A stretch of DNA of 64,000 bases, taken from positions 232,328 through 296,327 of IMG/VR virus record IMGVR_UViG_3300017991_005548; one strand, given 5' to 3'. This document shows positions 41,401 through 48,500 of the stretch, piece by piece. Numbering within the stretch: the stretch's first letter is position 1; each line of letters begins with the position of its first letter. The notes beneath the pieces are model-generated. The model ran no database searches. It had not been told where the DNA came from and worked only from the letters and a program-made list of their open reading frames with translations. Position numbers and translations under genes: made by a program.

Positions 41401-42294
41401 AACTCTAACCATTCTGCTACCATAGGATTCATCATAATCAATAACATAAACATATCCAGACTGGTTGATATCCATTAAGAAGATATCTAAATACTGTGTT
41501 GTTCCAGTTGGGCCTAATTCAAACCCTCTTGTTCCGCTACCAGAGTAACGAAGTAAATTGAAATTTTTGTCAAGTCTTTTTAGCTTATAGTTCTTGGAAT
41601 CGGCAATAATTAGATCACCACCGTCTCTAATTCCAAGACCGAATGGAGTATTGAGCAACGAATCTGGACCAATGCCTAAAGTATCTCCAGGGACTCCTCC
41701 AATTCCAGCAACAGTTGATACATTATTAATACCATATCGAATGAATCTAATGGCATGATTTAAAGAGTCAGCAATAAATAAATTGCCAGAAGCATCTACG
41801 GCGATATCTCTTGGCTCATTTAGCAACGCATGATCATTGTCATCAATTTCTATGCAATTACCATCTCTGAAACCTGCGGCTCCATATTTATCTCCACAAA
41901 CCAATGAAACTTTTCTGTCAGGGGTAATTCTGCGAATCTGGTTGTTCCCAGTATCAGCAACATAAATATTTCCTGTTGCATCAATAGACAACCCACCAGG
42001 AGTATTAAATAAGGCATCATCAGCATCAACGATTTTATCACCGTTATTTCCAGCAACACCTGGCGTACCTGCAAACAATATAGTTTGACCATCATGAAGA
42101 ACTCTGGTAATAATATTTTGATATGGGTCAGAGATATAAATTGTACCTGAATGGTCAATAATAATCCCAAAAGGATCAGTGCTCCCCTCAGTACTAAAAG
42201 AAAGGTTTGCCGCAACAATTCGCTCTGCAAACCCATATTCATCAATATAGTACTGGTTTTGGATTAATAATCTACTTGTGTCGCACTTGGCCAT
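29464..42294 (-). CDS. giant 4276-aa serine-rich repeat protein with N-terminal NHL propeller and C-terminal triple BclA/C1q-like domains
   Basis: One uninterrupted 12.8-kb ORF; NHL repeats (IYVADTGNNQIRRI, FIADSLNHAIR); about 3000 aa of SESSQ/SESSSSQ repeats; three [LI]EDIDG...KGRW domains. Confidence 0.9.
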   Translation of the reverse strand: MAKCDTSRLLIQNQYYIDEYGFAERIVAANLSFSTEGSTDPFGIIIDHSGTIYISDPYQNIITRVLHDGQTILFAGTPGVAGNNGDKIVDADDALFNTPGGLSIDATGNIYVADTGNNQIRRITPDRKVSLVCGDKYGAAGFRDGNCIEIDDNDHALLNEPRDIAVDASGNLFIADSLNHAIRFIRYGINNVSTVAGIGGVPGDTLGIGPDSLLNTPFGLGIRDGGDLIIADSKNYKLKRLDKNFNLLRYSGSGTRGFELGPTGTTQYLDIFLMDINQSGYVYVIDYDESYGSRMVRVDQDGNTALVRDYPRADDWCGVGGIAVNQSDTIYILETPYFDKLYSSSSSSSSEGYSSSSSSLDSSSSSSSSEGYSESSSSERYSSSSSSSSLGYSESSSSSEKYSSSSSSSSEGYSSSSLSSSESSQSSQSSSSLGFTSSSSSSSSSMGSCEENVAQVVGGTDIVFVSNYFDEWVLNELICLEIGGQEYQGKVNLLIDPAVYLRMEQSMMGIVNVGDTIKVCKGPCNSSSSTSSESSQRYSSSSQGFSLSSESSLGESSSSSLDGCETTEILVIGLKDLVFVSGHIDDWVEGETVCLLTSSGPEQGFIKLIAGLNVFITMDNDMTGIITSGDILPVCKGPCVSSSSESSSSLGISSSSQSESSSSKSESSSSERFSSSSSSSERFSLSSSSSSEGVSESSSSSSSGGQSESSSSGGFSESSSSQSESSSSQSESSSSSEGFSESSSSQSESSSSQSESSQSESSSSQSESSSSQSESSSSQSESSVSESSSSQSESSSSQSESSQSESSSSQSESSSSQSESSSSQSESSQSESSSSQSESSSSQSESSQSESSSSQSESSSSRSESSSSQSESSQSESSSSQSESSQSESSSSQSESSSSQSESSSSQSESSQSESSQSESSSSQSESSSSESESSSSQSESSQSESSSSQSESSSSQSESSSSQSESSSSQSESSSSEKFSSESSSESSGGKSESSSSEKFSESSSSQSESSQSISSQSESSQSESSSSKSESSQSESSSSQSESSVSESSSSQSESSVSESSSSQSESSQSESSSSQSESSQSESSSSQSESSSSQSESSQSESSSSKSESSQSESSQSESSSSQSESSQSESSSSQSESSQSESSSSQSESSQSESSSSQSESSSSSKGESSSSSSSSEQFSSSSSSIDSSSSVSSIDIQSAYCAEFAGDPTYDGSYYPAGVHNDTTYFVNANGKELYFTNDSRWGLGQRSPEIQDYRTSITSPWVDPDTLSWETLTGTAPAPNIEGGECPVSSSSSSSGLFSESSSSQSESSSSQSESSQSESSSSQSESSSSQSESSQSESSQSESSSSLSESSQSESESSSSQSESSQSESSSSKSESSSSQSESSSSQSESSQSESSSSQSDSSSSQSESSQSESSSSESESSSSQSESSQSESSSSQSESSSSKSESSQSESSSSQSESSSSQSESSQSESSSSQSESSSSQSESSQSESSSSQSESSSSQSESSSSQSESSQSESSSSQSESSSSQSESSQSESSSSQSESSSSQSESSQSESSSSKSESSSSQSESSQSESSQSESSSSQSESSSSQSESSQSESSSSQSESSSSQSESSQSESSSSQSESSSSQSESSSSQSESSSSQSESSQSESSSSQSESSQSESSSSQSESSQSESSSSQSESSSSQSESSQSESSSSQSESSQSESSQSESSSSQSESSSSQSESSSSKSESSSSQSESSQSESSSSQSESSQSESSSSESESSQSESSQSESSSSKSESSSSQSESSSSEQFSSNSSSSSEQFSSSTSSESSGGNSESSSSGKFSESSSSSSEQFSESSSSQSESSSSQSESSSSQSESSSSQSESSKSESSQSESSSSQSESSQSESSSSQSESSQSESSSSQSESSQSESSSSQSNSSSSQSESSQSESESSKSESSSSKSESSSSQSESSSSQSESSQSESSSSQSESSSSQSESSSSQSNSSSSKSESSSSQSESSQSESSSSQSESSQSESSSSQSESSSSKSESSQSESSSSKSESSSSESESSSSQSESSVSESSSSQSKSSSSQSESSQSVSSSSQSESSQSESSSSQSESSQSESSSSQSESSQSESSSSQSESSSSKSESSSSESESSSSQSESSQSESSSSQSESSQSESSSSQSESSSSKSESSQSESSSSQSESSQSESSSSQSESSKSESSSSQSESSQSESSSSQSESSKSESSSSSKGESSSSSSSSEQFSSSSSSIDSSSSISSIDLGPVYCVELAGDDNYNGSYYAAGVHNDTTYYSDGSRFLFFSNISRWTLSTTLEGVSAYNTGITEPWVSPSTETWFVGSGTSPAPNVQNGECPVSSSSSSSGLFSESSSSKSESSSSQSESSSSQSESSSSQSESSSSESESSSSQSESSSSQSESSVSESSQSESSSSQSESSQSESESSSSKSESSQSESSSSESESSSSQSESSSSQSESSQSESSSSESESSSSQSESSSSQSESSSSKSESSSSQSESSSSESESSSSQSESSSSQSESSVSESSSSQSESSSSQSESSQSESSSSQSESSSSQSESSQSESESSSSQSESSVSESSSSQSESSSSQSESSVSESSSSQSESSSSQSESSISESSSSQSESSQSESSSSQSESSSSQSESSSSQSESSSSQSESSSSQSESSSSQSESSSSQSESSSSQSESSSSESESSSSQSESSSSQSKSSSSESESSSSQSESSQSESSVSESSSSQSESSQSESSSSQSESSSSESESSSSQSESSSSQSESSSSQSDSSQSESSSSQSESSQSESSSSQSESSQSESSSSQSESSSSESESSSSQSESSQSESSSSQSESSQSESSSSKSESSSSQSESSSSESESSSSQSESSSSQSESSSSQSESSQSESSSSQSESSSSQSESSQSESSSSQSESSSSKSESSQSESSSSESESSSSQSESSQSESSSSKSESSSSQSESSSSQSESSQSESSSSKSESSSSQSESSSSESESSSSQSESSQSESSVSESSSSQSESSSSQSESSQSESSSSQSESSSSQSESSSSQSESSSSQSESSQSESSSSRSESSSSESESSSSQSESSQSESSSSKSESSSSQSESSQSESSSSQSESSSSQSESSSSQSESSSSQSESSSSQSESSQSESSSSESESSQSESSSSESESSSSKSESSSSQSESSQSESSSSQSESSSSQSESSSSQSESSQSESSSSQSESSVSSSSQSESSSSESESSSSQSESSQSESSSSKSESSQSESSSSKSESSSSQSESSSSQSESSQSESSSSQSESSSSQSESSSSQSESSQSESSSSISESSVSESSSSKSESSQSESSSSKSESSQSESSSSQSESSQSESSSSQSESSSSESESSSSQSESSQSESSSSISESSVSESSSSKSESSQSESSSSQSESSSSKSESSSSQSESSSSQSESSVSSSSKSESSSSQSESSQSESSSSQSESSSSQSESSQSESSSSQSESSSSQSESSKSESSSSQSESSSSQSESSQSESSSSSEGFSESSSSSSEGFSESSSSSSEGFSESSSSQSESSSSESSSSSTENVHYKYLLCDLFTESISSQSESSQSESSQSESSQSESSSSQSESSQSESSSSQSDSSQSESSSSQSESSSSQSDSSQSESSSSQSESSSSQSESSQSESSSSQSESSSSQSESSSSQSESSPSSSSSEGFSESSSSQSESSSSNSSSSSTENVHFRYRHCDEFTESISSESSSSSSTSESSSSQSESSFSESSQSESSSSLSESSSSISESSPSSSSSEGFSSSSSSSSSLECLNCMFVERAVVASDSTTNTTALEDIDGASVDVILVDDAHIMGFMSLSSNNTTNNQEGYFAISINGTDSPVITRYQSSSNDYGSVGVVYRTPSTLPAGTYTVKGRWYTEGGTLSATSITVIAIPMQSCYGNEIPSIYDTVANDTTTSATLEDIDGLTQDLTMQTNHPIFGFLSATTYISGGAAKDITCALNIGGQELPITRFHSSAGDRSSICIASRTGSNFGPGDITVKGRWSVESPVTATGAPFMLTAFGCETNQEEFLPSSQTIVNSDTTTATSIEDIDGSSITLQLNQEGHIFACMTLQTSADVANRDVLFTINIDGTDYGEIRRSHGTANEDGSCSIFVRTENKLPAGTYTIKGRWYTETGTTVTGTNISLSAMATCFEADISSSSSSKDSSSSSSEGFSESSSSESSSSESSSSSEGFSESSSSSSSEGFSESSSSSEAFPDQYCLFGFG
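30840..40340 (-). repeat. degenerate 15/21-bp coding repeat array (SESSQ, SESSSSQ)
   Basis: 5- and 7-residue periodicity in protein; DNA units diverged at synonymous sites. Confidence 0.95.
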
Positions 42295-42366
42295 AAAAGT
42301 ATTTTCTTGTTATGTTTGTCAGTACAATGTTATTCAAATAAAGTGTCGTCAAACCCTATGGTAAAA

Positions 42367-43203
42367 TCAACTTGATGAGCTTGAAGAGTCAGTTGATTCA
42401 GATGAACTTGAAAAAGAACTGGAACTATCTATGGAACTAGACGAACTTTCTGAAGATATACTAGACATAGATGTACTTGTACTGGCTAACTCAAATTTAT
42501 TTATTCTTTCCACATCATTGCCTCCAACCATGAACGCAAATTCATGAATAGCAACATCTGAAGTAAACTCACCAGCTAACTCCATAAGTATTTTTACTTT
42601 ATCAGCATATACGGATATGTCGGTTAGAGTTTCAATCTGATTGGGTTCAATCCTTTGATAATCCAACGGATCAAGAGAATCATCTCCTGCAACAGAGAAT
42701 CTAACAATTGTATCTTCGCTGATGTCTCCATTGAAGGTTAATAGGATTGTTTCAGGTTTAAAACCTAAGTCAAATGCTTTTGTGTAAAACTTTGTGGAGG
42801 CATTTGATGTTATGTATCTAAGATTTATATTGCGAACTTTGGGGATATAGGTAGTGTCGGTTGTCATTACAGCCATAAACTGTAGATACCTACCATTTTG
42901 CATCCCCAACTCAAAAGTGCTGTTATAGTATGGCCCAAACCATTTTTCGTTTGTAAGGGCTTTATTCGCTGATCTGACAAAGAAGCCAACATTCAGTTCA
43001 TTCTGATCCCCTTCCCATGTTGCGTCAAGCCATCTTACAAATCCATCATCTGCAATAATATTGTCAGAAATAAAAACGCCTGTAAGCCTATCTATTGGCT
43101 GGATGGCTGTAGGTTTAACGCCTAAGTAATTGAAAGCAACACTGTTGATTCCTGGTATGTTCGCTTGTACAACGTTTGCATTGTTAATATTGATCAGAGC
43201 CAT
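42367..43203 (-). CDS. virion structural protein with C-terminal Ser tract
   Basis: W...TW...FFVRS...WFGPY...GRYLQF...P.V.NI.LRY beta-sandwich pattern of tail/baseplate proteins. Confidence 0.6.
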   Translation of the reverse strand: MALININNANVVQANIPGINSVAFNYLGVKPTAIQPIDRLTGVFISDNIIADDGFVRWLDATWEGDQNELNVGFFVRSANKALTNEKWFGPYYNSTFELGMQNGRYLQFMAVMTTDTTYIPKVRNINLRYITSNASTKFYTKAFDLGFKPETILLTFNGDISEDTIVRFSVAGDDSLDPLDYQRIEPNQIETLTDISVYADKVKILMELAGEFTSDVAIHEFAFMVGGNDVERINKFELASTSTSMSSISSESSSSSIDSSSSFSSSSESTDSSSSSS

Positions 43204-43663
43204 GTTCGTCCTCTTTATTTTCTAGAACAAAGTCGGAAAACTCTTCCTTCCAAGGCCCATAATAACCATGTTGTACTGCTAGTCTTTTGGCATCCCGAAC
43301 GGTATACCTATGAATATTTTCTTCTTTAAAGGTAATTTCTGGTTTTCCACTTTGAAATGAATCAGCCGTTGGCATATTCACTAATCCACCTAATAAATAA
43401 TAATCCCATTTCTTATATGTTTCTTGATTTCTTGAAGTGTCAATTACAGTATCGCCATCTTCAACCCATGCATGGCCAAACTGAACACCTGCCAAAGGCC
43501 CCATTAATGGTCGGATTATTGCATGAACCAATATCAGATCATCTCTCCCTTTCATTACACCTTCTTCGAAAATGTAATTAAACGCTTGGGTAAAGCAGTC
43601 GCCACCTTTATTTTCTTCAGGGATGTGGTCGTACTTTTCTTGGGATTCTTTGTACCAATTCAT
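43184..43663 (-). CDS. papain/transglutaminase-like Cys-His protein
   Basis: GDCF...GHAWVE...VID...YYGPW; begins MNWYKESQ. Confidence 0.7.
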   Translation of the reverse strand: MNWYKESQEKYDHIPEENKGGDCFTQAFNYIFEEGVMKGRDDLILVHAIIRPLMGPLAGVQFGHAWVEDGDTVIDTSRNQETYKKWDYYLLGGLVNMPTADSFQSGKPEITFKEENIHRYTVRDAKRLAVQHGYYGPWKEEFSDFVLENKEDEHGSDQY

Positions 43664-43666
43664 TAT

Positions 43667-44029
43667 TTATTCTAGGGTTAGTAAATATTTCAGGATATTG
43701 AGTTCTTTTACCATCTCATCACGAATTGCAAGAAGATCTACATCTTCTTCTGAGGCAAATTCATTAATTCCATTTGATAAGAAATCAATGTGCTCATTGG
43801 CAAAGCCGTTGACATTATCATCATCAATATTCATGATTTGAGGTTGAGAAACAATTTTAATCCTGCCATTCTTTCCCTGATAAGCTTCTATGAATTCATC
43901 TACATAGTCTTCAAGATTTTCGTAAATCTTCTCGTAAGCTATATGCCTGGCATAACTTTCAGTTTGCCAATGAAGAATCCTTAGTTGACTGAGCATTTCG
44001 GTGAATATACAGATCAGATCTTTTTCCAT
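43667..44029 (-). CDS. DUF5856 / Dps-ferritin-like protein
   Basis: QLRILHWQTESYARHIAY..IYE.L...VDEFIEAYQG.NGRI and LLAIRDEM...N..KYLLTLE. Confidence 0.85.
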   Translation of the reverse strand: MEKDLICIFTEMLSQLRILHWQTESYARHIAYEKIYENLEDYVDEFIEAYQGKNGRIKIVSQPQIMNIDDDNVNGFANEHIDFLSNGINEFASEEDVDLLAIRDEMVKELNILKYLLTLE

Positions 44030-44139
44030 AACAATCTCTCCAAAAAAAACTTGATTCTAGAATTTATTCTAGCTCCAGGTTCGATTCTCCTATAGAACAG
44101 GTTTTTTTAAGCAAAAAAATGAATCATTAGAACAAAAGG

Positions 44140-44586
44140 ATGAGTATGAGAACTCTTTTAACCACATTGTTGCTGTCCTGTGCTCTAACGGGATGTATAA
44201 TAACCCAATATCACGGTTTACATGACATTATAAACAAAAACCTGAGTGTTTATAGCCAACAAGAAAATATTGAGTTCAATAATGTGGCGATCATTCTGAA
44301 ATATTACTCTAATATGATCAATGCTAAAAGATATAATACCATCAAAGAATTAGAGGAAGACACCAAAGAATTTGTCAAAAAGCTTGGAGAAGGGAACATC
44401 TCTGACAATTATCCTGTGAAAGCCTCAAGAGGAGAGGTTATTGTAGTAGATAAATTCCTAAAAGATGTTTTATCTTTTGTTCGGAAAAACGAAATTAATC
44501 CCAGAAGAGTACAGAATTACATCAACCAAGCACTAAAGATTTATGTAACTGAGATTATGAACTATGAAGAGAAAATACCTCAATAA
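44140..44586 (+). CDS. putative lipoprotein
   Basis: Signal peptide with lipobox: MRTLLTTLLLSCALTG-C. Confidence 0.7.
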   Translation: MSMRTLLTTLLLSCALTGCIITQYHGLHDIINKNLSVYSQQENIEFNNVAIILKYYSNMINAKRYNTIKELEEDTKEFVKKLGEGNISDNYPVKASRGEVIVVDKFLKDVLSFVRKNEINPRRVQNYINQALKIYVTEIMNYEEKIPQ

Positions 44587-45544
44587 TTGGATTTCATCAC
44601 TCAGATTCAAATTCTCAAAATTTGGTCTTGAGAAGTATAGCGCCATTGAGTTGGAAGGAGTCAAGTCAAAATACAATTGGCTGATAGAAAATGGAAATTT
44701 CAGGAAGACATCATTTACTGGCGAAGGCGAAAAAGTTGCTGTCTTAGATACAGGAGTTGACCCTGATCACGAAGAAATAAAAGATAGAGTTCATCCAACT
44801 TGCTTTATTGAAGATTGTAACGATCCCATCGGACACTACGATTATTCTAATCATGGAACTTTTATGATTGGTGAAATCATCTCAGAAAATTTCGGAGTTG
44901 CCCCAAAAGCAAAATGCATAAGCATAAAAGTTCTTCATGGTGACGGAAGGGATGGAAACCTACATACATTCGAAAAAAATGTTGTATCAGCAATTCAATT
45001 CGCTTGCTTGAATAAATGTGGTGTAATCTCGATGAGTTTTGGCAGTCCCCATAAAAGTAAGATAGTATACGATGCACTGGAAACGGCGACTGAACTTGGC
45101 ACAATACCTATTGCCGCCGCAGGAAACGAAGGATTGAGGGGATCTCCTTACAAATCATATCCTGCTTCTTTTGAGAATTGCATTTCTGTAGCAAGTGCAA
45201 ATAAACATGGACTCCCCTCATGGTATTCAACCTCTGGAAAAGAAGGGAATCGATTAGAACAGCCAGAAGTTGCTATAGCTAGTCAAAACTACCATCATGG
45301 TATATTGAGTGACAATAAGTATGGAGCAATGACGGGGACAAGCATATCCTGTCCAATCGTGGCTGGTGTTGCTCTGTTATGGCTACAAAAAATGAGAGAA
45401 GAGAATACAATGCCCAAAGGCAAAGATGTCCTAAAAAGTTTCAGAGAATGGCTTAGAATAAATTCTCATGATACTAATCGAAATGGATGGGACAATGAGT
45501 TGGGTTTTGGCGTTCTAAAATTAGACCCTTGGAAATCTTTGTAA
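44564..45544 (+). CDS. subtilisin-like S8 serine protease
   Basis: VAVLDTGVD, HGT, AAAGN oxyanion motif, GTSISCPIVAG. Confidence 0.93.
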   Translation: MKRKYLNNWISSLRFKFSKFGLEKYSAIELEGVKSKYNWLIENGNFRKTSFTGEGEKVAVLDTGVDPDHEEIKDRVHPTCFIEDCNDPIGHYDYSNHGTFMIGEIISENFGVAPKAKCISIKVLHGDGRDGNLHTFEKNVVSAIQFACLNKCGVISMSFGSPHKSKIVYDALETATELGTIPIAAAGNEGLRGSPYKSYPASFENCISVASANKHGLPSWYSTSGKEGNRLEQPEVAIASQNYHHGILSDNKYGAMTGTSISCPIVAGVALLWLQKMREENTMPKGKDVLKSFREWLRINSHDTNRNGWDNELGFGVLKLDPWKSL

Positions 45545-45545
45545 T

Positions 45546-48500
45546 ATGGAAACCTGGATAACTGAATCAATTACAATAAATGGTGATTTATCATACGCTT
45601 TGAGAAGAGGAGAGATAAACACTAATTATGTAGATATTGAAGTTGTTGCATATTCTGATAGATGGAATAACTTTGATGCTTTGATTGAGTTCAGAGAGCG
45701 GGAAGGAGGCGAATGGAGATCAGATATGCAAATTTCGTTCTCCACAGCTAACAGTATTGACAAAAATAGACTAAGAAATCTTGCATGCGCTTCTAATGGC
45801 GGATTGAACCTAATTCGATGGAAATACCCCCAAAATGGGTTAAAATATGGCCAAAAACCCGATATTAGACTCAAAATACTGCCAAGATACCTTAATTTTA
45901 GCACTTCTAGCATTAGTTTCATGATGTCCGAGAATAGCGGAATAAACTTCTCAAAATTCATAGATGCGTCCACATGGGTCCAACCTATCAATTTGAACCA
46001 ATCTGGTCAAACTATTGCTTTAACATCTGACTCTGTTCGCATATACAATGATCTTTCATCTTCATATATATATGAATATAGCGGTCTTTCTAATCCATCA
46101 TTTTCTATACAGATAAATGACGGGAGCTATTTCATTGCAGATACAGATAATAACCAAGTTTTAGAGGTAAGTGAAGATTTTACAAGTGTCATAAATACTA
46201 TTGCAGTTACCAGTCCAGTCTTTTTGGACTACATTGAAGACAATGATACATTATTGGTAACGAGTAGTGGAGGGACAATCTACGAATATGTTCGAGGGTC
46301 TTTTATTTTGGTTTGGACATCAACAACATCATTTGGAGAGTTATCTACAGCAACATATTCAAAGAAAGATTTTAATAGAATAGTTACCTGTGATTCCCAA
46401 AATAATCAAGTTCGAATTATTGATAGGATTACTAATCTAACAACAACTCATTTTGGATTTTCTAACTTTGTTGGAGAAACTGATTCATTTATTAAACCTC
46501 ATATCGCAGTGGAGTTTGAAGATGGATCTTTGACTGTTGTAGAAAGGATTGGAAGAGTCGCAACATTTGAACAATTCACTTCGAGTTCTTCTAGCTCACT
46601 TGATTCATCAAGCGAAAGTTCAATGACAAGCAGTTCATTAAGCAGTAGTTCAAGTAGCGAAGGTTATAGTACGTCAAGTAGTTCAAGTAGCGAAGGAGTT
46701 ACGTCTCAATCAAATAGCTCAAGTTCTCAATCAAATAGTTCAAGCTCACAATCTGAAAGTTCAATCTCTCTTAGCGAATCATCATTACAATACTCTTCAA
46801 GTTCAAGTACTTCAAGCGAAGGATACTCTTCAAGTTCAAGTACTTCAAGCGAAGGATACTCTGAGAGTTCAAGTACTTCAAGCGAAGGATATTCTGAAAG
46901 CTCATCATCCAGTTCTACTAGTTCTCTTGGATACTCATCTTCATCTTCATATAACATTGACCCATTTAATCTCGCATCATTCACTTCATATTGGAAGATG
47001 GAAGAAGCTGAAGAAGGAACAAGATTCGATTATCAAGGTAATAATGATTTGAGTGAAGGAGACAGGTTCATTCCTAGAGTTGCTGGGAAGAATAAAGAAG
47101 CGGCTGGACAATTCTTGGATGGATTGGAAAGAGACGCTGTCACAGATCTTATCCCTACTGATTCAATGATTTTTAGCTCTTGGGTAAAAGTTGACTATGC
47201 AGATTTAGTGACTGGATCTGGATCTCAAATTATGACATGGGATTCTACATCATATCAGCTATCAGTTGCTTCAAATAGTCTGTACGCAAGAGTTCGATAT
47301 ACATCAGGGATAAAGGAAGTAAGTGGACCAATTACTGAAGGGGTACATCACATTTTCTTGGTTGCAACTAAAACTAGTCTAAAGCTTTTCTTGGATGGAG
47401 GTCTGCTTGATAGTGAAACATTCTCAACTCAGAACTTCGATTATTTCGCAGGCTATAAACTTGTTATTGGTGGTTCAGATGGAAGTTTACGTGCTGGAGT
47501 TGATGGCTTTGTGGATGAAGTTGGATTCTGGATGGATGAGGATGTAGATTCATTCCCAGGTTATGCTGAAGATTTCGCCGCGAAAATGTGGAATGGAGGT
47601 AATGGATTGTTCCCAGCTTCTGTTAGCAGTGATTCTTCAGACTCAACTGAGAGTTTTGACAATGTTTCTAGTTCAAGTGACTCAGATATTTACAATGACT
47701 GGAACAGAGATTTGATCGACAGAAGAAAAAATTCAGGATTCACATCCTCTATGGCAATGGTTAATGGACAGCCAGCAGTCGCCTATTATGCATTCGGTAT
47801 TATATTTTACTCTAGGTACAATGGAAGTGAATGGGAGGCTCCAGTATTAGTTGACAATACAAACATAAGAACAGACACGGCAATTTCTATGGCTGTTGTT
47901 GATGGTAATCCAGCAATCACATATTCTAAAACTACTAACCCTACTTTTACATATGTTAGGGCGACAAATTCTGATGGATCTAGTTGGGGAACTCCAATTA
48001 ACGTTACACCTTCAGGGACATTTGCAGATGATAGAAGTTTGGCAATTATTAATGGCAACCCAGCAATCGCTTTCTGGAATTTTGACACTGGTGGAGGACT
48101 AAAATATGTAAGAGCAACAGACAGCACAGGGAGTTCTTGGGGATCAGTTGAAGATGTCGATCTAACTAGTAACAACTATGGAACTGGGTGTTCACTATTG
48201 CAAGTTGATGGTCAGCCAGCAATCTCTTATACTCACCAAGGTGCGGGAAATAATGCTGTGTTATATTACAACAGATACAATGGAGCCTCTTGGGTTAGAA
48301 CTGCAATCATAGGTGGGAGTGGACAAGGGATAGGTTTTACTACAACGCTGAAGTTTGTTAATGGTAACCCAGCCATTGCATATAGAGATGACTCAGGAAT
48401 AAAGTTTATCCGATCAAACAACTCCACTGGATCTTCTTGGCCAGGAAGTGAAGTTACTGTAGCTTCTTTGTCTACTGCTATGAATAGCTCCATGGAAATT

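Noticed and set aside
44076-44096. GGTTCGATTC resembling a tRNA T-loop
   Set aside because: Flanks do not pair (CCAGG versus CTCCT) and there is no cloverleaf
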